Of a stretch of 64,000 nt of DNA, positions 31,499 through 48,163 are shown piece after piece. The position numbers and the translations under genes were made by a program. Within the stretch, counting starts at the first letter, position 1. Every line of letters begins with the position of its first letter. Origin of the DNA: Eledone cirrhosa. Lineage: Eukaryota. Below the pieces are notes generated by a model. The model saw nothing but the letters and a program-made list of their open reading frames with translations, was not told where the DNA came from and did no database searches. The stretch spans positions 52,514,001 through 52,578,000 of the forward strand of contig OZ024745.1 of the NCBI GenBank assembly GCA_964016885.1, given 5' to 3'.

Positions 31499-31530
<32 letters not shown>

Positions 31531-31537
<7 letters not shown>

Positions 31538-31888
31538 GTGAGTTTTTTTTACAAAATGAAAAATAACCGAGGTGTCCTACACGAGTGAAAGTATAAAGAA
31601 AAAGAGATGAAATCGAAAATGCAACTGGAGTCTTATTTTTTTTTTAAATATATATATTTATTTGGTTCCTTTACCGATTTCGCAGTTCTTCTGCTTTTCA
31701 AAAGGTGAGTTGAGATGGAGGGTCTGTGGTTTTTCTCACATCGGGATGTGAGAAAAACCACAGACCCTCCATCTCAACTCACCTTTTGAAAAGCAGAAGA
31801 ACTGCGAAATCGGTAAAGGAACCAAATAAATATATATATTTAAAAAAAAAATAAGACTCCAGTTGCATTTTCGATTTCATCTCTTTTT

Positions 31889-31893
<5 letters not shown>
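31531..31893 (-). mobile_element. Family B fold-back, HHR in both arms (plus-strand copy 31782-31819)
   Basis: Near-perfect hairpin centred on tctcacatcgggatgtgaga; only the left arm carries the tail. Confidence 0.88.
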
Positions 31894-31931
<38 letters not shown>

Positions 31932-32716
31932 AACATTGGAAGTACTTTAACATGTTCAAAAGTTAATCGGTCGATACAATAATTACACTATTTTTATGCC
32001 TTAGGATTCTAGCTTGAAAGGTTGCCTTACAATTGATCATATGCGTGTGATCCAAAGAAATGTGTTGAGCAAATTGTAAGCAGCGTGATCGATATCGTTG
32101 TTCGTAATCGAAACCCTTATTATATATACATATATATGAGAGTGTTTGTGTGTGTTTCTATTAGAATATATGCAGTCTCAATATCCGGCTCATAAACAAA
32201 CACTAGAATTGTTACAAGAAATGGCAGATAAATTTACAAACCTTTCCACTAGATGTTGCAAATATTGTAAAACCAATCACTTCCAATATTGTGTATAGTC
32301 ATTATTTTCAAAGAGTAGGGTAATTGCGCATCAACTAAAATGTGGTTATACAACTTTCGCCATTTGGATGCAGAAATTGAAACGATAGAAGGAGACTGCC
32401 ATGCAATATATATATTTAGCAGAGCACACACATCAGCACCAGAAATTTAGAGGTGATTTTCTTCATATATGTGTACATGTGTTGGCTTCATCACATGAGT
32501 CCGTTTGGAAATGTAATACTATATTTCTTGAATGGTGAAATTGCTGTCGATTAAGTTTAATCTGGGGATATCTGATTCTAATTCTAATCCATAATAATCC
32601 AATCCTCTCTCTGTTTCCCTCTCTCTGTATGTATGAATTATTGTATGGGTGCATGTGTATATAAATGTGAGCATACAAGGCTACGTACATAAATACCTGC
32701 GCGCACACACAAACTC

Positions 32717-32793
<77 letters not shown>

Positions 32794-33149
32794 GATGTAT
32801 GTTTGTATGCATTTTTAGTTAGAAAGCGCTCTTTGATGTTCTTTGGATAAGGAACTGAATTACATCAATAAATCTAGTATGTAATGCGAACTGAAATGTA
32901 ACTATATGCATGAGAGAAATATAAAACTCGAAACATGTTGCCTCTCAGATTTGGCGCATATAAATCAGTGAAGCATAATCTAAATGATATGTACATGAAA
33001 CCGAATGAACTTGAAGTTCTTGAAATAACTGTCTGAAATGATCAGAAATATGAAAATAACAGGTAAGAATGAACGTTAATATTAATTTTTAGAATAAAAC
33101 TGAAGCCTTTGGGAAACTAATGTTAAAGTTGATCAACATATATGATTTA

Positions 33150-33241
<92 letters not shown>

Positions 33242-34139
33242 CATAAATATATATATGTTTGTGTGTGTTTGTGTGTGTGTGTGTGTTCTTTGTGTGTGTG
33301 TGTGTGTGTGTATAATCATCCCTTTTCCGAGTGGGTTCCTGTTTTCAAGGGTTGGGCGAGTATTCAAAGAACACTCCTCACCACTTACAGCGTCCTTTCA
33401 TCATCTTGATTGCCTGATTCAGCCTTTTAAGCTCCATTATCTAACCCTCCCCTATTGCAGCCTCATTCCACTGGGTTTTTTTGAATTTCTTCAAACAAAA
33501 TGTAAAACCTATACGGATCATATTATCCACATCAATGCAGTCTTCCTTGTTGCATATAACATTTGATTCCTCTTATACCCATTTTGCTCTCAGCCCGTTC
33601 ATACATATGAATCATTGAAGCAAACTGATTTCAATTAACCTAAACTCAGAATATCCTCTGCTTTTGTTCCACTTTCATGCTTACAGTGCTTTTCGAATGC
33701 TGGCCCCATACGACCTGCATTTTGTCCGTAGCGGGAATCCATTTGTTTTCAACAGAGGGAATTGTTTACTAAAGTTTTTCCTGATCATATAGAAGCACTC
33801 AAAAGGGGTTATTTATTAAATGATACATTACCAAATAGGAGAGTTCTATTATATATTTTATTTCGTAATATGTCCATAAGAGAAACTGCATGGCTTCGGG
33901 TCCGACTATATTATGGTACAAATGCAAACAGCTGAACTACGATGTGTAGAGTAGCTACTTGCGAGGAGATTGACAGAGCCCTGACGTGGTGGTTGCAGAC
34001 TGAATCTTGGGAAATATTCAACACCGACTGGATATTCAGACATATTTATTTACATCTTTTTCTCTGGCTCAATACATTACATAATCCTAATTGATAGCGC
34101 ATCACTCAAAGCAGCAGGTTGTACATATGGAATTGTACA

Positions 34140-36838
34140 TATGAAATTTGTGTTCTTCTGTTTTGATGCATTTATGTGTGATATTGAAAAGATCAGGACA
34201 AGTGGAAGTGAAATAGTTGTGTCGTAATTTTGTTATGAGAATCAATGTCGGATTTTTTCAGGAGGTAGTTAGCTTGTTGAAAAAGACTGGATATCAACAA
34301 CATTTGGGTTATGTTGATGGAATATGTTCTACATCATACAAATGATGTTGCCACACGACGGCGTTGATGTTTAATTTTTTTTCTGGTCTATTCCAGTTTA
34401 TACATTTATAGTTGACCTTCAATATGTTTCAAATTTCATAAAATGTTGTTTTATATGGAGAAACCTCAGCAGGCATCAGTAGCGAAGATGCAACTGGCCT
34501 TAGGTAGAGAAGAGAAATATAATTGCGTGAAATAGTATATCTTTACATCGGAAAGGTCTAATAATCCAGAAACATATATTGCGGGTAATATCAATTTTAG
34601 TATTTTTATGAGTACTCTTACTAAACTAGTCCAAGTGAATTTGGATGCATCTAAGATTTAGCCCGAGGAATGAGATTACAACTACAGAGCATTCTCTTTC
34701 CATAACGGATTAACACAATTTAACCTTGTGTAGTAGGATATTGTTTTTCCGCCCATTGGATATCAATAAACAAATACATTGGAACGCATGTCTGTTGAAG
34801 TATACAAACGTGTACTTCAGATTTTTTCTTAATTAAGCAGTAAGATACAGAGTCACGTGTGGCTAATTTACCCTTTCTTATATCTGAAACTATGGAAAGT
34901 TTTATTTGTAACTCTCTTATATGTTTATCTATATATTCTTATGTAGTTATTTTCACTACAAATATCACAATATTGAAACAAACTTCTGCACAAACTAGCA
35001 TATGTACATGTAGTTGAACATTCCAAACCTACTCACTCACACAGAAACGGGAAAAAAGGTTTAGTAAAAGAAGAATAAACAACATTACAATGGCAACAAA
35101 GAACGTCTACAACAAATAAGATTCTTCAGAGAGTAAAATCAACATCTTCAATCCCATCTAAAATATAGACATTTCATGGTGAAGAAAAAACAGACCAACT
35201 CTTCAATAAACCCGGTGGAGAAATAGATGCATAACTAACTAAAACATTAAAATCTCATTTAAATATATTCACATACATTTTGACATGTATTTTCGTCCAC
35301 TGTACAGTTGAAGCTGAGCAGCAACATGAATCAGAAACATCAGAATTACATTAGCTACCGCAGAGACATTAGAATCATCAGAGCAAAAATAACTTAAGAT
35401 GTAGCATCAGCCCCTTCTTAATATAGGCACCATAGCATTCCTACTAAATGACAAGTTCATAGGCAACAGATCGCCTTTACATTCCATATGTGAAGGCGAT
35501 CTGTTGCCTATGAACTTGTCATTTAGTAGGAATGCTATGGTGCCTATATTAAGAAGGGGCTGATGCTACATCTTAAGTTATTTTTGCTCTGATGATTCTA
35601 ATGTCTCTGCGGTAGCTAATGTAATTCTGATGTTTCTGTTTCATGTTGCTGCTCAGCTTCAACTGTACAGTGGACGAACATACATGTCAAAATGTATGTG
35701 AATATATTTAAATGAGATTTTAATGTTTTAGTTAGTTATGTATCTATTTCTCCTCCGGGTTTATTGAAGAGTTGGTCTGTTTTTTCTTCACCATGAAATG
35801 TCTATATTTTAGATGGGATTGAAGATGTTGATTTTACTCTCTGAAGAATCTTATTTGTTGTAGACGTTCTTTGTTGCCATTGTAATGTTGTTTATTCTTC
35901 TTTTACTAAACCTTTTTTCCCGTTTCTGTGTGAGTGAGTAGGTTTGGAATGTTCAACTACATGTACATATGCTAGTTTGTGCAGAAGTTTGTTTCAATAT
36001 TGTGATATGTGTAGTGAAAATAACTACATAAGAATATATAGATAAACATATAAGAGAGTTACAAATAAAACTTTCCATAGTTTCAGATATAAGAAAGGGT
36101 AAATTAGCCACACGTGACTCTGTATCTTACTGCTTGATTAAGAACAAATCTGAAGTACACGTTTGTATACTTCAACAGACATGCGTTCCAATGTATTTGT
36201 TTGTTGATATCCAATGAGCGGAAAAACAATATCCTACTAAACAAGGTTAAATTTTGTTAATCTGTTCTGGAAAGAGAATGCTCTGTAGTTGTAATCTCAT
36301 TCCTTGGGCTAAATCTTAGATGCATCCAAATTCACTACAAATTTGGACTAGTTTAGTAAGAGTACTCATAAAAATAACAAAATTGATATTACCCGCAATA
36401 TATGTTTCTGGATTATTAGACCTTTCCGATGTAAAGATATACTATTTCACGCAATTATATTTCTCTTCTCTACCTAAGGCCAGTTGCATCTTCGCTACTG
36501 ATGCCTGTTGAGGTTTCGCCATATAAAACAACATTTTATGAAATTTGAAACATATTGGAGGTCAACTATAAATGTATAAACTGGAATAGACCAGAAAAAA
36601 AAATTAAACATCAACGCCGTCGTGTGGCAACATCATTTGTATGATGTAGAGCATATTCCATCAACAATACCCAAATGTTGTTGATATCCAGTCTTTTTCA
36701 ACAAGCTATCTACCTCCTGCAAAAATCCGACATTGATTCTCATAGGAAAATTACGACACAACTATTTCACTTCCACTTGTCCTGATCTTTTCAATATCAC
36801 ACATAAATGCATCAGAACAGAAGAACAAATATTTCATA
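34140..36838. repeat. 2.7-kb palindrome (arms ~1.35 kb, loop of a few nt at ~35485)
   Basis: 34140-35481 is the reverse complement of 35488-36838 with scattered substitutions. Confidence 0.95.
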
Positions 36839-36917
36839 AGATATAACCTCATATTGAATGGAGAGCGGGAGAGAAAGGAAGAAAGAAAGTCTAAAGCCTG
36901 TGGTGAGAAATTAGAGG

Positions 36918-37051
<134 letters not shown>

Positions 37052-37052
37052 G

Positions 37053-37285
37053 TAGAATAATCGAGAATCGGAATATCAGCCCACGAAATCACGAAAAACA
37101 ATATCCGACATGCGGCAGAGGGCTCAATAACTTGGATAAATCAGAGCTATAACTATCGTTAAAATACCAACACATAGAGGTCATGCCTAAAATCACCCGT
37201 GCAGCCGAAAAAGAACGACCAGGAAGATTCGGGTCACTCAAATAAAATATCAATAAATTAATAAATTAAATGAATGTAAAAAATA
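37053..37285 (-). mobile_element. Diverged relative of the 5371-5620 repeat
   Basis: Shares gcggcagagggctcaataa and aatcagagctataactatcgttaaaatacc. Confidence 0.75.
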
Positions 37286-37537
37286 TATGTATATATATAT
37301 ATAGAAAGAAAATACTGTTTATCCACTAACAGATACTTTGATAATCCAAAACGGATAAAGGAAGCTTTGCTAAACTTCAAGTTTTAACATCTACTTTTGA
37401 ACGTTATAAAAGTCCTCTCTCTATATATATATACCAGGTGCGCTTTCCAAACCTTTTGAAAATGATTTTCCTCATATAAACTCATCGTTAAAGAACGTTT
37501 CAAACGCCCATACAGTTGTCGATTTCTCTCTCTGTCA

Positions 37538-37592
<55 letters not shown>

Positions 37593-37597
<5 letters not shown>

Positions 37598-37712
37598 AGG
37601 TTCAGGACTCCGACAGCAGATCTGAAGCTGTTTCGACGGCTGTATCTGGACTGATATAGCCGCCGAAACGGCTTGAGATCTGCCGTCGGGGTCCTGAACC
37701 TCTTCTTTCCTA
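37593..37712. mobile_element. Family A-related mini fold-back
   Basis: Inverted copies of gaaacggcttgagatctgccgtcggggtcc. Confidence 0.8.
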
Positions 37713-37919
37713 TATATATATGTATATATATAGTATTAAGGATACTATTTATGGTTATGCATATACAAAAACCTTTTGTAGTTATATATATTTTTCAAAC
37801 CCTACATAATGATAGGCAGTAATATATTACTACCTTATTACCAGTAAGATAAATAGCTCAATGTAATAACATCAGTTGTTTTACAGAGCAGTTATATATA
37901 AATATATATATATATAATA

Positions 37920-38000
<81 letters not shown>

Positions 38001-38003
<3 letters not shown>

Positions 38004-38198
38004 AAAAGGCTCAGGACCCCGACGGCAGATCTCAAGCCGTTTCGACTGCTGTATCTGGACTGATATAGCCGCCGAAACGGCTTGATGTCTGCCGTCGGGG
38101 TCCTGAATCTTTTCATGTTACCCACTCTACTACCCAAACTTTCGAGTACTCTGGTGCGTTATGGTCCACCTGGTTCCTTACCTCACTTCCTTCCTTAT
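38001..38198 (+). mobile_element. Family A-related fold-back with tail
   Basis: Same junction as 37593; tail resembles 51325-51406. Confidence 0.82.
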
Positions 38199-38287
38199 TT
38201 ATATATATATATATATATGTTTGTGTGTGGGTGTGTGTATATATATATATATATGGGTGTGTGTGTGTGTGTATATATATATTTATT

Positions 38288-41105
38288 TAGAAAATGAACA
38301 ACACAAAATGTAACTGCTCCCTTAACAAAAGTTTCTGGATCCCAAACAATATTAATATACGTCTGGATCGGTCATCAGATAAAGATATTATGAATAGAAT
38401 ATATGAAATGAGATTCAAAATCTGTTAAAAACTGGAAGTGAAGCTGGAAAATAAAGGGGAAATATGAAGTAAGAGAGAGTGTTCAAGGTGTAATATAATA
38501 TAAGTGCTAAAGGTGTGAAAAGGAGAGAATGTTCAAGGTGGGTAAGTGTCCAAATGGTGTTTTGATGCCGAGAAATGCAGAATTAGAGTTAAGATAGGTA
38601 TTGGGAGATTTCAGATTTTCTAAAATTCTACAGTCATAAGGAAATTAACTAACACTAACTATGGATTTATATGAAATGGATTACTTTGTTAAAACCTCCC
38701 GACACCCTCTAATGCTTCTTACACCAAAATGCTGATTGGGAAAGTCGAGAATGTTGTACAAAGAATGAGATGGAAGGCAATGATTTTTGATGGACGATTC
38801 GGTTTAAATTCTAAGGAGTACTTTGACATGAAGTCATGCAATTACTCACCAAGAGTCAAGGATATGGCCCCTTTTGAATCCGACTTAGTTAATATGAATA
38901 ACCAACTAAAATTTCGTAAATACAATAATAATTTTCAAACTAAACTTGCTAATGATATTTCTAATATTAAGTCCACTAATAATAAGTTCGTATTTTCCAT
39001 GACTAAAACCTTATATGAAGTAAATAACGATTTATATAACCAACTTTTAACAGATAGTATCACTACCAAATATCAAAAAGCCAAAAATAACACCATTAAT
39101 AATAAAAATAATGAAGCTGAAGACATTGCGAGTAAATTAAAAATAAACAATAGAACTGAAAGCCTAGCTAAAGGTAAAGCCTATATTACACTGAAAGACC
39201 ACAAAATATATTTCGATAACAGGCCTAGTTGTAGACTCATTAACCCTACTAAATCAGAAGTTGGTCTTGCCTGTAAAAAAATATTAAGAAATATAATATT
39301 AAAAATAAGAATCAAAATAGAGCTTCATCAATGGCTTAATGCATCTTCAGTAATTTCATGGTTTACTATTATACCTGAAAAAAATAGATCTAGATTCACT
39401 CAATTCGATATAATAGACTTCTACCCCTCTGTCAGTCAATCCTTAATAGCCAAAGCATTAGAATTCGCTAAAAATTACACTAACATATCCGATTTAGAAG
39501 AGGAAGATTTTAAATGCCTGGAAAACTCTATTTTGCCAAAAAGACATCAAACCCAGAAAACCTTTTTGATGTCGCTATGGGTTACTTTGACAGTGCCGAT
39601 GTGTTTCATTCGGTCGGCTTGTTCATTCTACACACAATAAAGGAAACATTCCCAGGTCACAACATCGGGTTACATCGAGACGATGGACTAGCAGTCTCTC
39701 ATACCACCAATGGCCATGACCTCGACACTTTTCGTAAAGATTTATTTAAAGTTTTCTCTGACCTAAACATTAAAATTACTATAGATACTAATCTTACCAA
39801 CGTACATTTCCTTGATATAAATCTTGACTTACTCACTGCTTCCTTTAAACCTTACCATAACACTAATGAGTATCTGCAACATATAAATAAACAGTCATGC
39901 CACACTCGCATAGTATTTACAAACCTCATCCCTAATATTAGCCCTAGGATATCTACCCTCTCCTCTTCTGAAGAAATATTTAATAAAGCAGCCCCTTACT
40001 ATAAGGCACTTAACATAGCGGATTCACTGAACGAATTAAATATGCTTCTAACTCTTGTAACCCTTCTACACATAATAATAGGAAGAGAAAAATAATCTCT
40101 TTAACATTCAAAACTAATGTACGTTGAAAGTTCCTTGAATTAATAGATAAACAGTTCTACCATCACCATAAATATACCAACATTTTTAACAGAAACTGTG
40201 TCAAGATTAACTATTCTTGCAGTCCTTCCATATAATCGGAAATCACCACCGGAAAAACTGACAGAGGAATCCCAGGATGTTCATGCAGAAATCCAGGTGA
40301 ATATCATTTGCAAGGCAAATGCAATATTACATCAGTTGCATACGAGGCAATTATAAGACCTATTAACACCAACCAACATACTACCGGAGAACGTTATGTG
40401 GGCATGACCAAGGATACTTTAAAAAGAGATACTATGAACACGTCGCTTCCTTTCGACACCAGGATAAAAGGAAAACTATGGCGCTGACAAATAGAGTATG
40501 GGAGATGAAAGAGAGTCGGATACCATATGAAATTGACTGGTCTATTTTAGACCAATCAAAATAATATGTTAAAGGCACAAGAAGGTGTACCTTGTGTGTA
40601 ACAGATTAATATAGAATTCTAGAAAATCTGAAATCTCCCAACACCTATCTTAACTCTAATTCTGATATATTTAAAATTTGCCCACATATAAGAACTCATC
40701 TCCTTTCTCGGCATCAACATACCATTTTGGACACTTACCCACCTTGAACACTCTCTCCTTTTCACACATTCAACACTTATCTGATATTACGCCTTGAACG
40801 CTCTCTCTTAGTATACACACTATGAACTTTTATATTATACCCTCATTTATATTACACCTATTTTATTAATTTCTTCATTTCCCTTACTTTTACCTTGATC
40901 AATCTTTCTTATTTTACCACGAACACTTTCTCTTATATTAAAAACCGTTTTTACATATTCAACACTTCTTTTATTTTATTTTACACTCATATTATTCACT
41001 TATTGACTTCATCATTTCCTGAACAACATATCTTGTTTATACTACTCTGGCCTTTTGTCACATACTTTCAACACTTTTATTTTACACCTAGTTTATCCAT
41101 TTCTT
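38288..41105 (+). mobile_element. Old Naiad-like PLE with inverted, internally deleted 3' copy at 38288-38630 carrying an HHR (38320-38384, minus strand)
   Basis: 38465-38630 is the inverse of 40613-40812. Minus strand reads CTGATGA-ccgatcc..ggatcca-GAAA-cttttg-TT. Confidence 0.85.
38661..40740 (+). pseudogene. PLE RT + GIY-YIG, multiple frameshifts
   Basis: RMRWKA, YITLKDHK..PSCRLINPTKSEVG, FDIIDFYPS, FDVAMGYFDSA, HRDDG, HFLDI, VAYEA..RYVGMT, CTLC, CPH. Confidence 0.92.
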
Positions 41106-41120
41106 CATTTATATATATAT

Positions 41121-41272
41121 ATTTATTAAATTAACACATTAAAGTAGCGATTCTTTGCTTAAACTTTAATCTATTATTTTAGTAAATATTTGGTCTAGGG
41201 TTCTTATATATTTCATATATATTTATCTTTATCGAGGCCTCTTTGGATTTTAGTCTTCACATTTATTATTAT

Positions 41273-41275
<3 letters not shown>
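41121..41275 (+). mobile_element. Family C mini fold-back with tail
   Basis: Matches 25550-25680. Confidence 0.75.
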
Positions 41276-41326
<51 letters not shown>

Positions 41327-41615
41327 TACATATATATTTTGTAATCTTTTTTTTTTTTTTTTTTTTTATATGTGTATATATAGTGTGTTAAAACTTATAC
41401 ATTTTTTATATGTGTATATATAGTGTGTTAAAACTTATACATAAATACATATATACACACATATATAGTATATATATGTGTGTATATATGTATTTATGTA
41501 TAAGTTTCTCTTTATGTGTATGTTTATTTGTATCATTTTCTCCGAGCGGTTATCTATACTTTAATTTAATTTTATTTTATTTTTCCCTATCCATTTGCGT
41601 ATGTACATGTCTGCA

Positions 41616-41652
41616 GACTAGTGTGTTAATGCGTTTGTGTCTATCCCATGTG

Positions 41653-41683
<31 letters not shown>

Positions 41684-41720
41684 ACACATGGGATAGGCAC
41701 AAACGCATTAACACATTAGT

Positions 41721-41721
<1 letters not shown>
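41616..41721. repeat. ~40-bp inverted repeat around a (TA)n spacer
   Basis: gactagtgtgttaatgcgtttgtgtctatcccatgtg / cacatgggataggcacaaacgcattaacacattagtc. Confidence 0.85.
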
Positions 41722-41785
<64 letters not shown>

Positions 41786-41824
41786 ATATATAGATATATA
41801 GATATATATATAGATATAGATATT

Positions 41825-43620
<1,796 letters not shown>

Positions 43621-43629
43621 GTGTGTATA

Positions 43630-43678
43630 TATATATATGTATGTATGCACATGTATGTGTGTATGTATGTATATATAT

Positions 43679-43722
<44 letters not shown>

Positions 43723-43917
43723 ATGTTTGTATATGTATGTGTATATGTGTGTATATATATGTATATATGTATGTATTTTTGTGTGTGTATATGTATATGT
43801 ATGTATATGTGGGTGTGTATATGTATGTGTATATGTGTATGTGTATATATATGTATATATATATATGTATATATATGTATATATATGTGTATGTGTATGT
43901 ATGTGTATATATGTATA

Positions 43918-43967
<50 letters not shown>

Positions 43968-44004
43968 TATATGTATGTATGGTGTATGTGTGTGTGTGTG
44001 TATA

Positions 44005-44047
<43 letters not shown>

Positions 44048-44062
44048 ATGTATATATGTATG

Positions 44063-44097
<35 letters not shown>

Positions 44098-44238
44098 GTA
44101 TATATATATATGTATGTATATATATATATATATGTATATGTATGTGTATGTGTATGTATGTGTGTATATATATGTATATATATATATATATGTATGTGTA
44201 TATATATGAATATATGTATGGTGTATGTGTGTGTGTGC

Positions 44239-44278
<40 letters not shown>
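43630..44278. repeat. Degenerate TA/TG low-complexity array
   Basis: Direct reading. Confidence 0.95.
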
Positions 44279-44282
<4 letters not shown>

Positions 44283-44628
44283 TAAAATAACAGATTAAAG
44301 TTTAAGCAAAGAATCGCTGCTTTCACCCTTAACGGGATCTTCTGAAACTAACAAAGTCAATCTGTAAACACAGAACTGGATATTTCAAAAAACGTTGCAA
44401 CCGGAGGAAGACAGGAAGACGATACTTTGGTTCATGGTGACGTTCGCTTACGTTTACAGATTGACTTTGTTAGTTTCAGAAGATCCCGTTAAGGGTGAAA
44501 GCAGCGATTCTTTACTTAAACTTTAATCTGTTATTTTAATAAATATTTGCTCTTCGGTTCTTATATATTTGATATATATTTTCCTTATCGAGCCCTCTCT
44601 GGATTTTAGTCTTCAATTTTATTATTAT

Positions 44629-44632
<4 letters not shown>
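44279..44632 (+). mobile_element. Family C fold-back
   Basis: Tail-less left arm 44279-44445; tailed right arm 44452-44632. Confidence 0.85.
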
Positions 44633-44701
<69 letters not shown>

Positions 44702-44704
<3 letters not shown>

Positions 44705-45288
44705 CGTTTCTGAATTTGTTTAGCAAGATTCTTTATCTGAAATCGTGTGTTGAAACCGATATTGTTATACTTTGGGAGGGTCATGTTGCCAATAAGAAAC
44801 ACACGCACCAGTTGCTTTCACTTCAATTTATTATATATTTATAAATTTATAAATTTACAAATCTACGAACTTATAAATTTCTGGTTGGTTGGTTGGTTCC
44901 ACAACCAGATAGTTGTTTATATATAGTCATAGTCCTTTCGTCACACACTCTGTGACCTCTTCAGTGACTGGGGATTCCTTTCTTTGTTTCTGTGCCTTTC
45001 CTTTCTTCTGTCCTACGCCATAAACAAAATGGCGTAGGACAGAAGAAAGGAAAGGCACAGAAACAAAGAAAGGAATCCCCAGTCACTGAAGAAGTCACAG
45101 AGTGTGTGACGAAAGGACTATGACTATATATAAACAACTATCTGGTTGTGGAACCAACCAACCAACCAGAAATTTATAAATTTGTAGATTTGTAAATTTA
45201 TAAATTTATAAATATATAATAAATTGAAGTGAAAGCAACTGGTGCGTGTATTTCTTATTGGCAACATGACCCTCCCAAAGTATAACAA
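44702..45288 (-). mobile_element. Family D fold-back with minimal HHRs (44925-44969 minus; 45081-45125 plus)
   Basis: agtca-CTGAAGA-(g)gtcaca/tgtgac-GAAA-ggac-TA-tgact. Terminus shared with the PLE at 19209/22388. Confidence 0.88.
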
Positions 45289-45329
45289 TATATATATATA
45301 TATATATATGTATATATTTATATATGTGC

Positions 45330-45405
<76 letters not shown>

Positions 45406-46012
45406 ACATGTGTGTGTATGTATGTGTGTGTATGTATGTGTATGTATGTATGTGTGTATTTATATATATAAATATATTTATATGTGTGTCTGTGTATGTG
45501 TGTTTATAGGTGCGCGCGAGTGTGTGAGTGAGTGTGTCTTGTGAATGTGTCTGTTGTTTTTTGGCATAGAGTTGAATAGTTTAAGATTAATTTGAGGATA
45601 ATTGTAAGATATGCACTTAATATTCTGAATTTGTCTACAGAATTCTCTAAACCTTTGTCACTTAGTAGAACCTTAATGATTTTAGCATTTAAAGAATCTC
45701 CCTTTCCTTTAAATCTATCTACCATGACTGACCCCCCCCCACTGATCTTATAGACACCTGTTAGCTTAAGAGAAACTTAATAATAAGGAATGGCATGCCA
45801 TTCTGAACCTGTTTATAGAATTCTGTCTGCCTTTGTTACTCTAAAAAAAAATAAATAAAAATAAAAATAAAAATAAAAATAAAAATCAACTATAGCTTTG
45901 TAGAATTAGCTTTTAATGAATTCCCTTTTCTAGCAACCAATGACCTACACCCATCCCACTCCCCACCCTCTCCTCCCACTTGTATAAATACCATACTTAT
46001 TTTTTGATACCC

Positions 46013-46063
46013 AGATTCCTGATGATTTCTAAAGAATGAAACAGTTCTAGTCCTGTAGAATCT
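46013..46063 (+). ncRNA. Canonical type I HHR in a pLTR-like end (element ~45540-46150)
   Basis: agattc-CTGATGA-tttc/gaat-GAAA-cag..ctg-TA-gaatct, followed by ~87 nt and (TA)n. Confidence 0.85.
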
Positions 46064-46148
46064 CATCTATATTAAAACTGTTATACTCTGCAATGTATTG
46101 AGTACCTTACTTACTGTGGTTACCTCCGATTCAACCCGGAATAACGTA

Positions 46149-46214
<66 letters not shown>

Positions 46215-46343
46215 TCTATATAAATATATATACATATATATACACACATAAACATACATCCATACACACACACACACATACAAACGTACACATACTTACA
46301 TATATACATACACATATCTACATGTACACGCATATATATATAT

Positions 46344-46480
46344 AGGACAAAATAAGACCCCGGCGGCAGACCTCTGCCGTCGGGGTCTTACTTGTTCCTA
46401 TTTCCCACTCTACTACCCTAAGTATTTAGTACTCTGGTGCGTTATGGTCCATATGGTTCCTTACCACAATACCTTTGTTA
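46344..46480 (+). mobile_element. Family A-related mini fold-back with tail
   Basis: taagaccccggcggcaga-cc-tctgccgtcggggtctta plus family A tail. Confidence 0.78.
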
Positions 46481-46502
46481 TATATATATATATATATATA
46501 TA

Positions 46503-46981
<479 letters not shown>

Positions 46982-47099
46982 ATATGTAGAGAGGAAGCAC
47001 ACGATTTAGGATATATATATATATATATATATATGAAAACAGGGAGAAAGAGACGATTATGCTTAACTTCAATGACTGTGCTTGTAAATAACATTATTT

Positions 47100-47220
47100 T
47101 TTCGAGTTCAAATGCCGCCGAGTTTAAATTTGCCATTTATCCTTACAGGGTCGATAAAATAAAGTACCAGTAATACACTGGGATAATTGCTGGCCTTGTG
47201 CCAAAAGAAGAAACAATTAT
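47100..47220 (+). mobile_element. SINE, 5'-truncated
   Basis: B-box plus family core. Confidence 0.85.
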
Positions 47221-47299
47221 TTTTTCTTCCACATTGACTTTATACGTTCCACATTATGCAGGGTTTTTTTCTTTTTCTTTTTTTCTTTTCATATAAATA

Positions 47300-47682
47300 A
47301 ACAAATATAAACACACACAGACACCCGGATGTAACACATGCGCAAACTAAGCACACAACACACACAAAAACAAGATTACGTAGGACAGAACAAAGGAGAG
47401 GCACAAAACAAAGAAAAGAGTCCCCAGTCATTGAAGAGGTCACAGAATGTGTGATGTGACGAAAGAACTTTGACAATATATGAACAAACGTCTGGTTGTG
47501 GAACCAACCAACCGGAAATTTATAAATTTTTTAAATTTATAATTTAATTTATAATAAATTGGTGTGAAAGCAACTGGTGCGTGTGTTTCTTATCGGCAAC
47601 ATGACCCTCCCAAAGTATAACAATATCGGTTTCAACACACGTTTTCAGATAAAGAATCTTGCTAAACAAATTCAGAAACGAT
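47300..47682 (+). mobile_element. Family D tailed arm with degenerate HHR (~47426-47475)
   Basis: Matches 45030-45288 plus the tail of 44702-44760. Confidence 0.8.
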
Positions 47683-47699
47683 ATATATACATATATACA

Positions 47700-48163
47700 T
47701 GAGAAACAAGACTTCGCTTCAAGCATAGCTTTATACAATATGTATAAATATTTTGTATCTCCAAGGAAATAAGGTTTTAGGAAGCCGTAGCTATGCAAAC
47801 ACCGTGGGGCTAACGCGTTCTGGTGATGTCCAGCAGAAGCAAGGGGGACAACCATCTATGCATATCAGGCTTAACTGGCCTTCGCCAGGACAGTCCCTCC
47901 CACCGCTTGCGACTGCTGGACTAGAAGACAGCCGAGAAAATATACATTTCTCGTCTGTGTAAATGAGGTGATTAATCTCACTTGCATATGAAGCTGCATA
48001 AGTTGGCTCAACTTATAATAAAAAAGAAATACGACTTCGCTTCAAGCATAGCTTCATACAATATGTATAAATATTTCGGACATCACCAGAGGGCGTTAGC
48101 CACCCGGTGTTTGCATAGCTACGGCTTCCTAAAACCGTATTTCCTTGGAGATACGAAATATTT

